Of a DNA stretch of 64,000 nucleotides, positions 35,047 through 45,431 are shown piece after piece. Position numbers and translations under genes: made by a program. Location: the IMG/VR virus record IMGVR_UViG_3300029705_000019; one strand, given 5' to 3'. Source of the stretch: a virus. Its lineage: Duplodnaviria; Heunggongvirae; Uroviricota; Caudoviricetes. The stretch's first letter is position 1, and every line of letters begins with the position of its first letter. The notes beneath the pieces were generated by a model. That model saw only the letters and a list, made by a program, of their open reading frames with translations. It ran no database searches and had not been told where the DNA came from.

Positions 35047-35297
35047 TAATCTCCATTTACAACAAAGGGTTCAATCAAGGTGTAGATGTCTTCATCACAC
35101 TCACACCAAAGTCTTGCAAATTCACGTGCATGACATACGCCAAGAAAAGATTTCCCATCAACACGAAGACCGCTATCATCAGTGAGAAATACTCTGCTTT
35201 TCACTGTGTTAACAATGTACACAAAGTTAGCAATATCTGTTGTGGTATCAAGTCTTACTCTAACCTTCATAAAAGTCACCTCCATCTTTACAAACAT
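35046..35297 (-). CDS. hypothetical protein
   Basis: 83-aa ORF. Confidence 0.4.
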   Translation of the reverse strand: MFVKMEVTFMKVRVRLDTTTDIANFVYIVNTVKSRVFLTDDSGLRVDGKSFLGVCHAREFARLWCECDEDIYTLIEPFVVNGD

Positions 35298-35345
35298 TTA
35301 TATATGTATAAAAGGGCTGTTATAAAACAGCCCTTAATGTTGTTT

Positions 35346-35906
35346 TTACTTAACAGCTGTATAACCCATATCTTCAAGGCAACGAATATACCCGCTAACC
35401 AACGTTGAGTTCATCTCATGTACAACATCGTTACCTTGTTTATCGTAAACAATAACTCTTGAAGGACCATTAATAACATTGGTGACAGCATAACAATTCT
35501 TTTTAACAGTTGTTCTATTCTGCGGAATAATTTTATAAGCGGTGTAGACACACTTGTCACTGCAATCCCAAGTATCATAAATCACACCATCAACACAGCA
35601 AGACCAATGACCTGCCATATTAAGAATGTAGCTGCCTTTTGGATATGCTTTACTGAAGCGTTCTCCGTTCATTCTTGGCTGACCCTTAACTGCAGGAAAA
35701 CTCAACTTAATACCATGTAACACGTTTTCAACATACTTGTGAGGATTATAGTCGCTATTGAAAGATTTTGCACCGGTTACTTTTTTGTAACGATTTAGCT
35801 CACGCTGTACTTCCATATAATCCATGTTTGCAGCTTTTGTGATTGCTCTCTTTACACAATCACCAACAGATAAACCTTTCGGATGAACATTGAGATATGT
35901 GTACAT
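35346..35906 (-). CDS. hypothetical protein
   Basis: 186-aa ORF downstream of promoter 35936-35972. Confidence 0.5.
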   Translation of the reverse strand: MYTYLNVHPKGLSVGDCVKRAITKAANMDYMEVQRELNRYKKVTGAKSFNSDYNPHKYVENVLHGIKLSFPAVKGQPRMNGERFSKAYPKGSYILNMAGHWSCCVDGVIYDTWDCSDKCVYTAYKIIPQNRTTVKKNCYAVTNVINGPSRVIVYDKQGNDVVHEMNSTLVSGYIRCLEDMGYTAVK

Positions 35907-35935
35907 ATAAGATCCTCCACTTCTTTTATCTACAT

Positions 35936-35972
35936 ATATATTATAATATAGAAATGGAGGATTATCAACTTG
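35936..35972 (-). promoter_or_regulatory. consensus sigma70-type promoter (-35 TTGATA, N17, -10 TATAAT)
   Basis: Plus-strand CATATATATTATAATAT, then 17 nt, then TATCAACT. Confidence 0.55.
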
Positions 35973-35973
35973 T

Positions 35974-36375
35974 TTAATTGCCCTCCAGAAAGCTGCTGTG
36001 AATCTTTATCAAAACATCAGCAAGTACTTGATCATTTGATCTTCTATTATCATTTTCATCGAACAAGTTCACGCCGAATCTACTGAGAGCAAATTCGAGA
36101 TTTTGAACTTCCTTCGGTTTTATAGCTTCCTCAAAAAGTGGATAATCTTTTGAGTCATCACCACAAGTGTGTTCAATTACACAACTATTATCAGTGTAAG
36201 ATCCAGAGCCCATCCTCGACCAATCAATATATTCAAATTCAACATTTGGAAAACGACCAATCTTACAATGCTTTTCACATTTATTTGCAAGTTTACACTT
36301 TGAACCCTCACAATAGGTCATCATTACTTTACACCTCTTCTTGCATTTAATCTTTCGCATTCTGCAATAGCACAT
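35974..36375 (-). CDS. Cys-rich hypothetical protein
   Basis: MCYCRMRKIKCKKRCKVMMTYCEGSKCK... Confidence 0.45.
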   Translation of the reverse strand: MCYCRMRKIKCKKRCKVMMTYCEGSKCKLANKCEKHCKIGRFPNVEFEYIDWSRMGSGSYTDNSCVIEHTCGDDSKDYPLFEEAIKPKEVQNLEFALSRFGVNLFDENDNRRSNDQVLADVLIKIHSSFLEGN

Positions 36376-36692
36376 GCTTCATCAAAGAAGTAAGTTTTAT
36401 TAACAGAAGATTCTGTGAAATTACCTCGATAGATATGCCCGCCTCCCTTATTCCATCTACCTTCAACTGAAAATATCTTCTTACTCTTTGTAAGTCTCTT
36501 CAACATTACAGTTACAGGTACTACTTCATAAGCTGAATAGCGTGTTGGTTTTGCAACAACAAATCCCTTATCACCCAAACAAATAACATACCGCCTAAGA
36601 TATTCTTGAATTAGATCTAAATTAGCTAAGTAGAATTCAAAAAGTTCTTTGTCAATAGGATTTTCAGACCTTTTCTCATAATTGTTGTTCAT
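36324..36692 (-). CDS. hypothetical protein
   Basis: 122-aa ORF. Confidence 0.45.
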   Translation of the reverse strand: MNNNYEKRSENPIDKELFEFYLANLDLIQEYLRRYVICLGDKGFVVAKPTRYSAYEVVPVTVMLKRLTKSKKIFSVEGRWNKGGGHIYRGNFTESSVNKTYFFDEACAIAECERLNARRGVK

Positions 36693-37477
36693 ATCGAGCC
36701 TCCATCATGATGTTCAGCATACAGTGCACGAGCATAATTGATATTTAGTCTTCCATAGTTTATTTTGGAGGGTGCTGAATCAATGATTGAGTTACCTTTT
36801 ACAAGACCTTCTTTTAGAGCATATTTAATTTCAAGCTCTTCGATAATTGGATTACCTGACATCATGATAAAGTCATTAATAGGCATCTTTTCAATCTTTT
36901 CACCGTTATGTGTATAAACATCCTCTGATCCGGTAGCCTCTTCATCATGGACAATAGTTACACAATCAACACGATTTTTGTTATCGTAAACAAACTGAAA
37001 GATAATGTTGAACCAATTAAAGCCAGCTGAAGATACTCTGAATACAAGTTCTTTGCTTCCAGCAAATGAATTGTACATACCACCGTATCTTGCTCTCAAG
37101 AATTCCTGATTTAGTTCGTTTACAACAAGATCATTGAGATCTTCAATTTCTGCAACAACTCTAGACTCATCAAGTTTATCGGCAATTGAATCAATAAATT
37201 CATGAGATAGAAATCTATACGGTCGCTTGTCAATTTCTGAATGAATTGAATTAACAATTGTCATTTCATCAGGATTCTGTTGGTATCCCCAAGTAGAAAT
37301 GAAGTTCAAAATCAAGTCTTTTGTTGAAGAATGTCTTGTTGCACTATACAACCACTCTGCAGCAGCAAGAGTTTCTTCAACTTCAAGAGGACTACCATAA
37401 ACATGTTGAATCATATCAAAAACTTTACCATCATTACGAATCATATATGCGTTCTTAGCTGCTTCCTGAAGTTTCAA
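36689..37477 (-). CDS. hypothetical protein
   Basis: 262-aa ORF. Confidence 0.5.
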   Translation of the reverse strand: MKLQEAAKNAYMIRNDGKVFDMIQHVYGSPLEVEETLAAAEWLYSATRHSSTKDLILNFISTWGYQQNPDEMTIVNSIHSEIDKRPYRFLSHEFIDSIADKLDESRVVAEIEDLNDLVVNELNQEFLRARYGGMYNSFAGSKELVFRVSSAGFNWFNIIFQFVYDNKNRVDCVTIVHDEEATGSEDVYTHNGEKIEKMPINDFIMMSGNPIIEELEIKYALKEGLVKGNSIIDSAPSKINYGRLNINYARALYAEHHDGGSI

Positions 37478-37492
37478 ATAAACACCTCCAAA

Positions 37493-38260
37493 TCACCTTT
37501 CAATAACAATACAGTTTATTTTCTTTGAATATGCTGTGCAAGCGTCAATTGCAATAATACCATCATGAATAAATGGATCAAATATTGCATCAGGACCCCA
37601 CTCTGAACATTTATAATCTATCTTAGAATGACCATAATTTGTATGCCAATGTCCACAAACAATTGTTTTACCATCAATTCTTGATCCACGATTCCAAAAT
37701 TCCATGCCATTATACCATCTTGCTTCATTCCAATCACCATCAGGAAAATCAGCTATAAGTGGAGGATTGTAGTCAGAAAATTTTGTCTGCTTTACAATTG
37801 TTGGTATCCAACCATGAACAAAAATATATTCATCTAGTTCATAGTAGTCAACAGCATATTCATCAATGAATTTCAAAATAGAATTTATTTCTTCATTAAA
37901 TTGCTTTTTATCATAACACCCAGTAATTAGATCAAAAACATGGATACCAGTAAAATGCTCAATTGTCTTCATAGTTCCATTGCTAATATGATGACGAATT
38001 TCTAGATTGTGAGTTTCGATGTCGAACACAGCCTCTCTGAGAAGATCTTCATGATTACCTCTGATATAAATAAATCGATTTTGCTCTGCAAGCTTTGTTA
38101 CAAAGTTAAAAATTCCAACAGATTCATCACCACGATCAAATAGGTCACCACAAACAATTAAAACATGATCAGGGTTTGAGATTTCAAACCCTTTTTGATG
38201 TAATGTTTTCAGAAGTATATTACAAAATGAATGAACATCAGATACTACAAAATATTTCAT
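37493..38260 (-). CDS. calcineurin-like metallophosphoesterase
   Basis: VSDVHSF, GDLFDRGDESV and GNHE are the canonical metallophosphoesterase motifs I-III. Confidence 0.7.
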   Translation of the reverse strand: MKYFVVSDVHSFCNILLKTLHQKGFEISNPDHVLIVCGDLFDRGDESVGIFNFVTKLAEQNRFIYIRGNHEDLLREAVFDIETHNLEIRHHISNGTMKTIEHFTGIHVFDLITGCYDKKQFNEEINSILKFIDEYAVDYYELDEYIFVHGWIPTIVKQTKFSDYNPPLIADFPDGDWNEARWYNGMEFWNRGSRIDGKTIVCGHWHTNYGHSKIDYKCSEWGPDAIFDPFIHDGIIAIDACTAYSKKINCIVIER

Positions 38261-38558
38261 TATGTTTCCTCAAGGTTTCTAAAAAGTTATTTTCCCATCG
38301 AACATAGTTTAGGTCAGGTGCAACAAGTTTTCTATACATTTCGTATTCAACACGTGCAGCTGCAACAACATTATCTTCATAATTTTCAATTGAAATCATC
38401 TGACGAGTTACATTACCAAGTCTGTAGCCTGCAATAATATCAGCTGCAAGATTTTTTCTCATTGTTTCAGCAATACTTAACTTGTCAAGATACGTAATAT
38501 AAAGTCTTTGAAGCTTCTCTTCTTGCCTTCCAACCATTGTAATCCTCCATCCATGCAC
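38238..38558 (-). CDS. hypothetical protein
   Basis: 106-aa ORF with GGAGG RBS. Confidence 0.45.
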   Translation of the reverse strand: MHGWRITMVGRQEEKLQRLYITYLDKLSIAETMRKNLAADIIAGYRLGNVTRQMISIENYEDNVVAAARVEYEMYRKLVAPDLNYVRWENNFLETLRKHNEIFCSI

Positions 38559-38665
38559 AAATGTGCTAACGCGATTTAACGAGTTTTTATGTTAACTAAT
38601 AAGTTATACCTGATAAACTATTAGTTATGTATGTGTATCTATTTTCTCCACAGCTTTAGGGGAAG

Positions 38666-39151
38666 TTACTTATTTGCCACATTAAGCTGACGAAGATATT
38701 CATTCTCCATTATTTTTGACCATTTTTCATACGCAGAAGATTCACTAAAACTAGAGATGGAGTAGTTGGCTTTGCCAAGAGATCTACAATCACCAAAAAA
38801 TGTATTCTTGTACAAATCGCTGATACACACGCTATTTGGAGTAGATTCTGATTTACCGCGACGATAAACAATTTTAATTTCTGAATTTCTTCTTACCAAT
38901 TTCGCGCTTCCATCAATATCTGCATTAATTTTACTACCAAAAATGAACTTCTTTTTTGGCTCAATGTCACTGTTAATTTTCCCTACAGTGGATACAGGTA
39001 TACAAACTTCAACTTCGTCAGCTTGACCCCACAGAACCCACCCATCACCTTTCTTAATAGATTCCGGAAGTTCTACTTCAACAGCTTTCACTTCGGTATG
39101 AGGCAGATCATCAACCATTGTTTGTCTTCTGAAAATTAACATTGTTTTCAT
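38666..39151 (-). CDS. hypothetical protein
   Basis: 161-aa ORF downstream of promoter 39184-39216. Confidence 0.5.
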   Translation of the reverse strand: MKTMLIFRRQTMVDDLPHTEVKAVEVELPESIKKGDGWVLWGQADEVEVCIPVSTVGKINSDIEPKKKFIFGSKINADIDGSAKLVRRNSEIKIVYRRGKSESTPNSVCISDLYKNTFFGDCRSLGKANYSISSFSESSAYEKWSKIMENEYLRQLNVANK

Positions 39152-39183
39152 ATTGAAACATCCTCCATCTTATCTTCTTACAT

Positions 39184-39216
39184 ATATTATATAATGTAAC
39201 AGTTAGTTAATCAACT
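39184..39216 (-). promoter_or_regulatory. consensus sigma70-type promoter (-35 TTGATT, N17, -10 TATAAT)
   Basis: Plus-strand CATATATTATATAATG, then 17 nt, then AATCAACT. Confidence 0.55.
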
Positions 39217-39220
39217 TATT

Positions 39221-40849
39221 TTACCATAAACTAACTTGCTGTGGAGTTGCAGTAAAATTGTAATCTTCAAGCATAACTTGAGTTGACTTTCTTCCTGCAA
39301 AGAACGATTCTTCAAGCGTACCAACAGCACTCATACTTCCATCTTCAATCACATCATTCCAAGAATTAAAATTCCACCACAAGAATTTAAGATCAGATGT
39401 TTCAACACAAAGATGTTTGCCCTGAGACATTTTCTTAACTGTATAATTATTGATATTATCAATGAAAACAGATATTGACGGAAAACCAGCTCCTGAAATG
39501 AAATTTAATTTTTCAAGCTCTCGCAATAGCAATGGTGTTATTTGAGCTCTATCAATCTGTAAATCGACATCACGTTGTACTGTGACATCAATCCCATCAA
39601 AGATACTTTCGAGATAGTCAACTAATGACTGTAAATCTTCTTGTTTAATTTCTACACCTGCCGATGTTTCGTGACCAGCACAAGTTCCAAAGCCACTATT
39701 ATTGATGATTCCGCGAAGATCAACATTCCAGTTACACCTCATTGATCCTCGGTAATAACCATCATCACTAGTGTGAAGAACAAATGCAGGTCTTTTCCAC
39801 ATGTCTGAAGCTTTTGTAGCAAGTAATCCAGCAAGATTTCCACAATCAGTTGGGAAAAAGAACATACAGTGATAGTTAAGCTGTAATTCAGCTTCATTTT
39901 TCATATCTTCAAAAAGTTCTGCTGTTTTCTTTTTCTGCTGTTCTTTTATTTTTGTTAAATCTTTAATAATTGATTTAACTTCTGTTACATTGTCAGAAAG
40001 CAGCATCTGTAAAACAAGTTCATTTGCTCCACCTCTGTTAGCTGCATTGATTAGCGGACCTACTCCGAAACCAATATCTTTTGAATTCATAATATCTTTT
40101 CCAACAAGTTGTTTAATTGCCGGATTAGTTACATTTCGGAAACCAATTTTACAGATTGCTCTATTTTCCATAGAGTCTTTCCCTACACTACAAACATCTG
40201 CAATGATACCAGTCGCTGCAAGATCTGCATATTTGTCTGAATAATTTCTTCCAATACAATGGTCATAGTATCTAATGAATTTCCAACAAACACCGCTACC
40301 ACTTAGATTTGGATTAACGTATTCATTTGCTGAACTGACAAGATTATATCGTGACTGATTTTTAAGGACAGCTTCTGAAGGAACGTGATGATCGAGAATG
40401 ATCAGGTCCTTACCGGATTGTAAGATACGTTCATACATTTCAACATCTTCATTGATGGAATCTACAACAATGACAATGTCTTCATCCTGATCTTTTCTAT
40501 CAAAGAAATAATCTTTTACACCGTGTTCTTTTTCATTGTTAATAAATGTTGTTACCCTGCAGTTAAGATCATCTCTCAAGTACCTTGTTAAAATAGCCGC
40601 AGAACAGCAACCATCTGTGTCGACGTCAGCATAAATAAGAAATTTTGAATTGCAATGAAAATGTGTGTCAAAAACACTTATTGCTTTTTCAATGTTCTTA
40701 AATTCAGCTCCTGAAACAATATGATAATCAGAGGGTTCAACGAAGTCAACGACATCATCAATTCCCCTTGATTTTAGAAGCTTTTTGTATATCTCATTTA
40801 CTGGTATTCCACGACCATTAACTTTTATATTCCAATTTGATTTTCTCAT
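39221..40849 (-). CDS. DHH-family phosphoesterase (RecJ-like exonuclease / nanoRNase-like)
   Basis: DVDTDGCCSAAIL (motif I) and IILDHHVPSE (DHH motif). Confidence 0.55.
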   Translation of the reverse strand: MRKSNWNIKVNGRGIPVNEIYKKLLKSRGIDDVVDFVEPSDYHIVSGAEFKNIEKAISVFDTHFHCNSKFLIYADVDTDGCCSAAILTRYLRDDLNCRVTTFINNEKEHGVKDYFFDRKDQDEDIVIVVDSINEDVEMYERILQSGKDLIILDHHVPSEAVLKNQSRYNLVSSANEYVNPNLSGSGVCWKFIRYYDHCIGRNYSDKYADLAATGIIADVCSVGKDSMENRAICKIGFRNVTNPAIKQLVGKDIMNSKDIGFGVGPLINAANRGGANELVLQMLLSDNVTEVKSIIKDLTKIKEQQKKKTAELFEDMKNEAELQLNYHCMFFFPTDCGNLAGLLATKASDMWKRPAFVLHTSDDGYYRGSMRCNWNVDLRGIINNSGFGTCAGHETSAGVEIKQEDLQSLVDYLESIFDGIDVTVQRDVDLQIDRAQITPLLLRELEKLNFISGAGFPSISVFIDNINNYTVKKMSQGKHLCVETSDLKFLWWNFNSWNDVIEDGSMSAVGTLEESFFAGRKSTQVMLEDYNFTATPQQVSLW

Positions 40850-42819
40850 TCAATTCCATCCAACCACGCTCTAAAATGTTCTTCTTCAACAATCGTGATT
40901 CCAAGTTCTTGAGCCTTTTTTAACTTACTGCCTGCATCATCACCAACAAACAGTACATCAGTCTTCTTTGTCACACTGTTAACAAAGATTCCACCACAGG
41001 CTTCAATTTCTTTTTGAATTGCACTTCTTGGATATTCAAATTTACCTGTAATACAAAATGTTTTTCCTGCTATGGGGCTATTTGTTAATACAACTTCTTT
41101 TACTTCAGGCTTCTTAATAGTTACATAACTAAGAATGTTGTTAAATATACTGAAGTTTTTTGAATACCAACTATTAATCTGCTCTGAAGTTTTTTCACCA
41201 AATCCGCTAATTGTTGACCAATCAAACTCATTATCAAGTGCTTCTACAATCTTTTCCATATCATTACTAAAATGTTCTGCAATTGATTTTGCGGTAGTCA
41301 AACCAACATTGGGAATACTCATTGCGGATAAGAAATTTTCAACTGAAATGTTCTTAGACCTATCAATTTCATCCAGTAGTTTCCTCACTGAGTGTTCACC
41401 CCAACCTTGTTCATTTTCAAGTCTATAACCACGTTTGTACAATGTGAAGATATCTTGAAAATCTGTTACATAATTATTATCAATCAGAAACTCAAGTTTT
41501 CCTTCGCTTAATCCATCAATGTCAAAACCTTGTTTAGAAACAAATGTACAAAGTTTGCCTAAAAGTTTTCCTTTACAGTTAGGATTGGAACAAATAAGCA
41601 CTTCCGAATCATTCTCTTTAGTTACCTTTGTATTGCCACCACAAACGGGACAACTTGTAGGAATTTCAAAATCAGCAACTCCATCATCATCCACTGAGTC
41701 AACTTGAGGGATAATCATATTTGCTTTGAAAACTCGTGCGGTGCAATCTTTTCTTACATTCAACTGTTTCATAATTGTAAGATTATGAAGATTTGCACGA
41801 CAAACATCAGTGCCATCAATTTCGACTGTATCAAACATTGCTGTTGGAGTAAGAGCACCTGTCTTGCCCATGGTCCAATCAATTCCACGAATTACTGTAT
41901 CATACTTTTCATCATAAAATTTGTAAGCAAGTTGTGCTTTTGAATGATGCGAGGTAAATCCAAGAGAATCCATATACTCACATTCATTAAAGCTGAATAC
42001 GCAACCATCAATGGGGTAGTTTAATTTTTCACATATTTCCTGAATATTATCAGTGGCAACCTTGTAATCAGATTCATCCATTGCCCTAACTAACTCAAAG
42101 TAGGGAGTAGTGTTGAACCCATATTCTGCAAGATGGTTAAGTCTTGAGCTGAAATGTTTATATTCACTTCCCTTAACAAACTTCCAAGCTACAAACTGCA
42201 AACAGCGCTCTGCGGCTTTCTGCGAATCATGAAGTCTTATTGACCCTGCTGCAAAGTTTCTAGCGTTCTTGTATTTCTTTCCCTTATTATCTACAAACTT
42301 TTCACGAAGTCTTGCAAAGTTGTCTCGGGTAACAATTACTTCACCATCGACAATAACTTCTTCTTGAACAGGAATCTGTAAAGGAACATCTTTTACAAAA
42401 CTGATATTGTGAGTAACATCCTCTCCCACTTCACCGTCGCCGCGTGTTTCAGCTCTCCAAACTTTACCATCTTTGTAGGTAATACGAATAGTAAGACCAT
42501 CCATCTTTGCCATAACAAGGGCAGGCCTAGTTCCAAGAAACTTTTTCATGTCTTTAAGTTCCTTTGATTTGTTGAGAGACAACATAGGTGGAAAATTATG
42601 TTTAACTTCAGGCAAGTCAGAAGCTACTTTGTAACCAACAGTTCTTGTAGGTGAGTTCGATAATACAACTCCACATTTTTCTTCGAGCTTAACAAGGTTG
42701 TCATACAGATTATCATATTCAAGATCTGTCACAAGACTCTCATTATCGTTGTAATAAGCATTTCTATACTCATTCAATTGTTCAACAAGCTGCCTCATAA
42801 CAATGACATCATGTATCAT
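40846..42819 (-). CDS. ligA: NAD-dependent DNA ligase LigA
   Basis: N-terminal Ia-domain-like EYDNLYDNL. The adenylation motif KMDG is present (VMAKMDGLTIRI). Cys4 zinc finger (CPVCGG ... CSNPNC). BRCT-like C-terminus. Confidence 0.85.
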   Translation of the reverse strand: MIHDVIVMRQLVEQLNEYRNAYYNDNESLVTDLEYDNLYDNLVKLEEKCGVVLSNSPTRTVGYKVASDLPEVKHNFPPMLSLNKSKELKDMKKFLGTRPALVMAKMDGLTIRITYKDGKVWRAETRGDGEVGEDVTHNISFVKDVPLQIPVQEEVIVDGEVIVTRDNFARLREKFVDNKGKKYKNARNFAAGSIRLHDSQKAAERCLQFVAWKFVKGSEYKHFSSRLNHLAEYGFNTTPYFELVRAMDESDYKVATDNIQEICEKLNYPIDGCVFSFNECEYMDSLGFTSHHSKAQLAYKFYDEKYDTVIRGIDWTMGKTGALTPTAMFDTVEIDGTDVCRANLHNLTIMKQLNVRKDCTARVFKANMIIPQVDSVDDDGVADFEIPTSCPVCGGNTKVTKENDSEVLICSNPNCKGKLLGKLCTFVSKQGFDIDGLSEGKLEFLIDNNYVTDFQDIFTLYKRGYRLENEQGWGEHSVRKLLDEIDRSKNISVENFLSAMSIPNVGLTTAKSIAEHFSNDMEKIVEALDNEFDWSTISGFGEKTSEQINSWYSKNFSIFNNILSYVTIKKPEVKEVVLTNSPIAGKTFCITGKFEYPRSAIQKEIEACGGIFVNSVTKKTDVLFVGDDAGSKLKKAQELGITIVEEEHFRAWLDGIE

Positions 42820-42843
42820 AGATCAATTCCTCCCACTAATATA

Positions 42844-42876
42844 TGTTATATATATTATAATATAAAAATAACAGTT
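42844..42876 (-). promoter_or_regulatory. consensus sigma70-type promoter (-35 TTGATA, N17, -10 TATAAT)
   Basis: Plus-strand TATATATTATAATAT, then 17 nt, then TATCAACT. Drives ligA. Confidence 0.6.
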
Positions 42877-42881
42877 TATCA

Positions 42882-42908
42882 ACTAAAAACAGCGGTAACA
42901 AAAATGTT
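42882..42908. terminator. bidirectional terminator-like hairpin
   Basis: CAGCGGTAAC-AAAAAT-GTTACCGCTG flanked by AAAAA and TTTAATTT. Confidence 0.5.
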
Positions 42909-42921
42909 ACCGCTGTTTAAT

Positions 42922-43161
42922 TTATTCTTCAATTGTCTTATAATACAACTTACAATGACAATAACCGCTTTCTCGCTGTTCAATGAACTCTTTACACATA
43001 CATTTTGTATTTTCATTTTTGATTAACACGCAAGGGCAATAACCATCATTTTCTTTCAACTTTGCACGTATTTTATCAACGTGCTCTTTATCTGTGTTAA
43101 GTGTAATTTTCATCCAAACGTCTCCAAAATCTTGATGTAAGATCTTCTTCAATTTCTGCAT
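42922..43161 (-). CDS. hypothetical Cys-containing protein
   Basis: 79-aa ORF with CPC ... CMC ... CHC. Confidence 0.4.
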   Translation of the reverse strand: MQKLKKILHQDFGDVWMKITLNTDKEHVDKIRAKLKENDGYCPCVLIKNENTKCMCKEFIEQRESGYCHCKLYYKTIEE

Positions 43162-43660
43162 TATTAAGTCTATATAACCGTTGATTTGTGGTTACCGATT
43201 TTAGTCCACCTAGTTCATCAACATAAGGTCCAATTTTGACATAATCTAGCATCTTTAGTAGAACTGTAGGAAGATAATCTAATTCATACCCTGAATAAAG
43301 GGCTGTTTTGAAACCATGTTTTTTACAAATCTCTAAGCTATTGATTAAACTGCTGATTTGTAAATTATCGTCTCCTCCCATGAATAGTACACAAGATATA
43401 CGATCTTTATTTTTTTCAAGATCATCTTCTAGTGTATCACTTACCAATGTTCCAATATCATCTCTCAAATGAGGAGAATGACAATTTTTGCATCTATTAG
43501 GGCAATTTGTTATGAAGTACGTAAGTGATACTTCATCAGGTATTTCTTGAAAACAAATTTGCTTTGTGTAGTACTTAATTTGTTTTGTTATCATAATATC
43601 TCGTTGCCGCTTCCACTTGTCTTGGCTCGGAATATTTAGATATGCGTTTTGCATAACCAA
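43097..43660 (-). CDS. nrdG: anaerobic ribonucleotide reductase activating protein NrdG (radical SAM)
   Basis: CPNRCKNCHSP is a CxxxCxxC motif. Gene is adjacent to nrdD. Confidence 0.65.
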   Translation of the reverse strand: MVMQNAYLNIPSQDKWKRQRDIMITKQIKYYTKQICFQEIPDEVSLTYFITNCPNRCKNCHSPHLRDDIGTLVSDTLEDDLEKNKDRISCVLFMGGDDNLQISSLINSLEICKKHGFKTALYSGYELDYLPTVLLKMLDYVKIGPYVDELGGLKSVTTNQRLYRLNNAEIEEDLTSRFWRRLDENYT

Positions 43661-45428
43661 TAATACGAGTTATCCAGTCAATCTTTTCTGATCCACATTT
43701 CGGACAATTCTTTGTGTAATGTTTTGAAATATGTCCACAATTATCACAAACTGTATTGGGAATATTATATGTGAAATAACTACATCCAACTTTTGCTGCA
43801 AACGTGAGTAATTTCTTATACTGTTCTTTTGTAAGATGTTCTTCCAAATTAATGTGACATGCAGAACCACCATCAAGATACTTGATTACTTTGTCACCAT
43901 GAAGTTCCATCTTATCAAATACTGATAATGTTTCATCATCAGGTCTAAAGAAGTATGAATTGTAACAAGCACGAGGTGACTTGTATCCTTGCTTTTTATC
44001 CCAGAGAGCATTTTTCACACCAAGATTTTCAGCAGGTACATATTCTGTGTTAAACATTAATTCATTCGTTCGAGCTTTCTTGTTTTCTTCCATGATAGGC
44101 TCAAGGATCTTACGACAGAATTCATGATATTCCTCATTAGGATTAATATCAATACCTAAGAATTCGGCAGCCTCAACAAGACCATTAATACCCTGTGTCA
44201 GATACTGTTTTTCCAAACTGATATAGCCTGCATCATAAATAGGTAACATACCATTATTAAGTTCTTGTTTCAGAAGTTCATTATATGCAATAAGATACTT
44301 GTGATTCTTCTTTGCCTGCTCTCTAATTGCTTCGCTATAATCAACACCGTTCTTAATGGCGTCTTGAACAATGCGATTTACGTTCATTGTGATTACAGCT
44401 TTTGAACCAGTTGCAATACCACCAGCTCCGAGCGTATAACTAAATGTATTTTCTGTGATTCCATTCTTTAGTCTACAACAAGAGGATAATGAATCAACTG
44501 TATCAGATGTATAACAGAAGAAGCTATGACCTTCAGACCACATCTCACAAGCAAAGTCGTACCATTCCTGATCAATAAATTCTTTTGTATCTGGTCTATA
44601 AACAAGGTTGACTGTTTCAACAGGAAATGTAAGATAATTTCTGGAACGCTCTTTATTAAACCACTTCATGTGATATTTCTGAAGCCACGACACGGATTTC
44701 CACTGCATCTCAGTGCCATCAGGAAATACAAAATCTTCAAACAGCGCTTCAAAATAGGGCTTGTCAAAATAAGCAATGTTCCAGAATACGGACTGATAAT
44801 TACGAGCTGCCGCTGGTTCGTTCAACGAATGAGCGATCTGTTCAAATATATCAGTTATTTCACGACCAATTGTTTTCTTTCTTTTACTTCTTGTATTTGT
44901 TTCATCCTCAATATGTAGATAATAATCATCACCATACTCAAGACGAATGAAGTAATCAAGATAAGCAAGATATTCAGGAGTCGCAACAGCTCCAGCAAAC
45001 TGTGCGCTAATTGCAAAAACTAGATTAACAAAGTTGCCTGCAAAAGAATTTAGATGTTTTGGAGCTCCGCTTGGTCCACCAATGCTTTTTAATCCTTTAC
45101 AGATAAACGGATAAAGAGTCACAGACACACAGTAAGGAAATAACGGATGTGTTTCATCATGTCTATAAATAATATGTGAGTCTAATTGATCAATATATTC
45201 TTGAGCACAACTCTCTCCATATAATTCGGTCAACATCTGAATCATTCTTAAACGATTTGTTCCAATGTCATCTTCCTTGTGCATTTCACATGACAATGTT
45301 GCAACATTTTTGTTTTCAATATTTGCATTTGCATCAAACTTGCTCTTTGTAGCAGCATTACCTGCACTTGAGTATTCATTGATAAAGTCAACGTGTTTTT
45401 GATATTTGTTGTAATTGATCTTGGCCAT
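43575..45428 (-). CDS. nrdD: anaerobic ribonucleoside-triphosphate reductase NrdD
   Basis: 617 aa. C-terminal zinc ribbon CDNCGH...CPKCGS is followed by the glycyl-radical motif RIIGYAKR. Confidence 0.8.
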   Translation of the reverse strand: MAKINYNKYQKHVDFINEYSSAGNAATKSKFDANANIENKNVATLSCEMHKEDDIGTNRLRMIQMLTELYGESCAQEYIDQLDSHIIYRHDETHPLFPYCVSVTLYPFICKGLKSIGGPSGAPKHLNSFAGNFVNLVFAISAQFAGAVATPEYLAYLDYFIRLEYGDDYYLHIEDETNTRSKRKKTIGREITDIFEQIAHSLNEPAAARNYQSVFWNIAYFDKPYFEALFEDFVFPDGTEMQWKSVSWLQKYHMKWFNKERSRNYLTFPVETVNLVYRPDTKEFIDQEWYDFACEMWSEGHSFFCYTSDTVDSLSSCCRLKNGITENTFSYTLGAGGIATGSKAVITMNVNRIVQDAIKNGVDYSEAIREQAKKNHKYLIAYNELLKQELNNGMLPIYDAGYISLEKQYLTQGINGLVEAAEFLGIDINPNEEYHEFCRKILEPIMEENKKARTNELMFNTEYVPAENLGVKNALWDKKQGYKSPRACYNSYFFRPDDETLSVFDKMELHGDKVIKYLDGGSACHINLEEHLTKEQYKKLLTFAAKVGCSYFTYNIPNTVCDNCGHISKHYTKNCPKCGSEKIDWITRIIGYAKRISKYSEPRQVEAATRYYDNKTN

Positions 45429-45431
45429 TGC

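Noticed and set aside
43097-43660. 86-nt overlap between nrdG and the end of nrdD
   Set aside because: Considered a frameshift or pseudogene, but both ORFs are intact with their diagnostic motifs. The overlap more likely reflects an upstream start call for nrdG; an internal Met at ~43594 still overlaps slightly. Kept as two genes.
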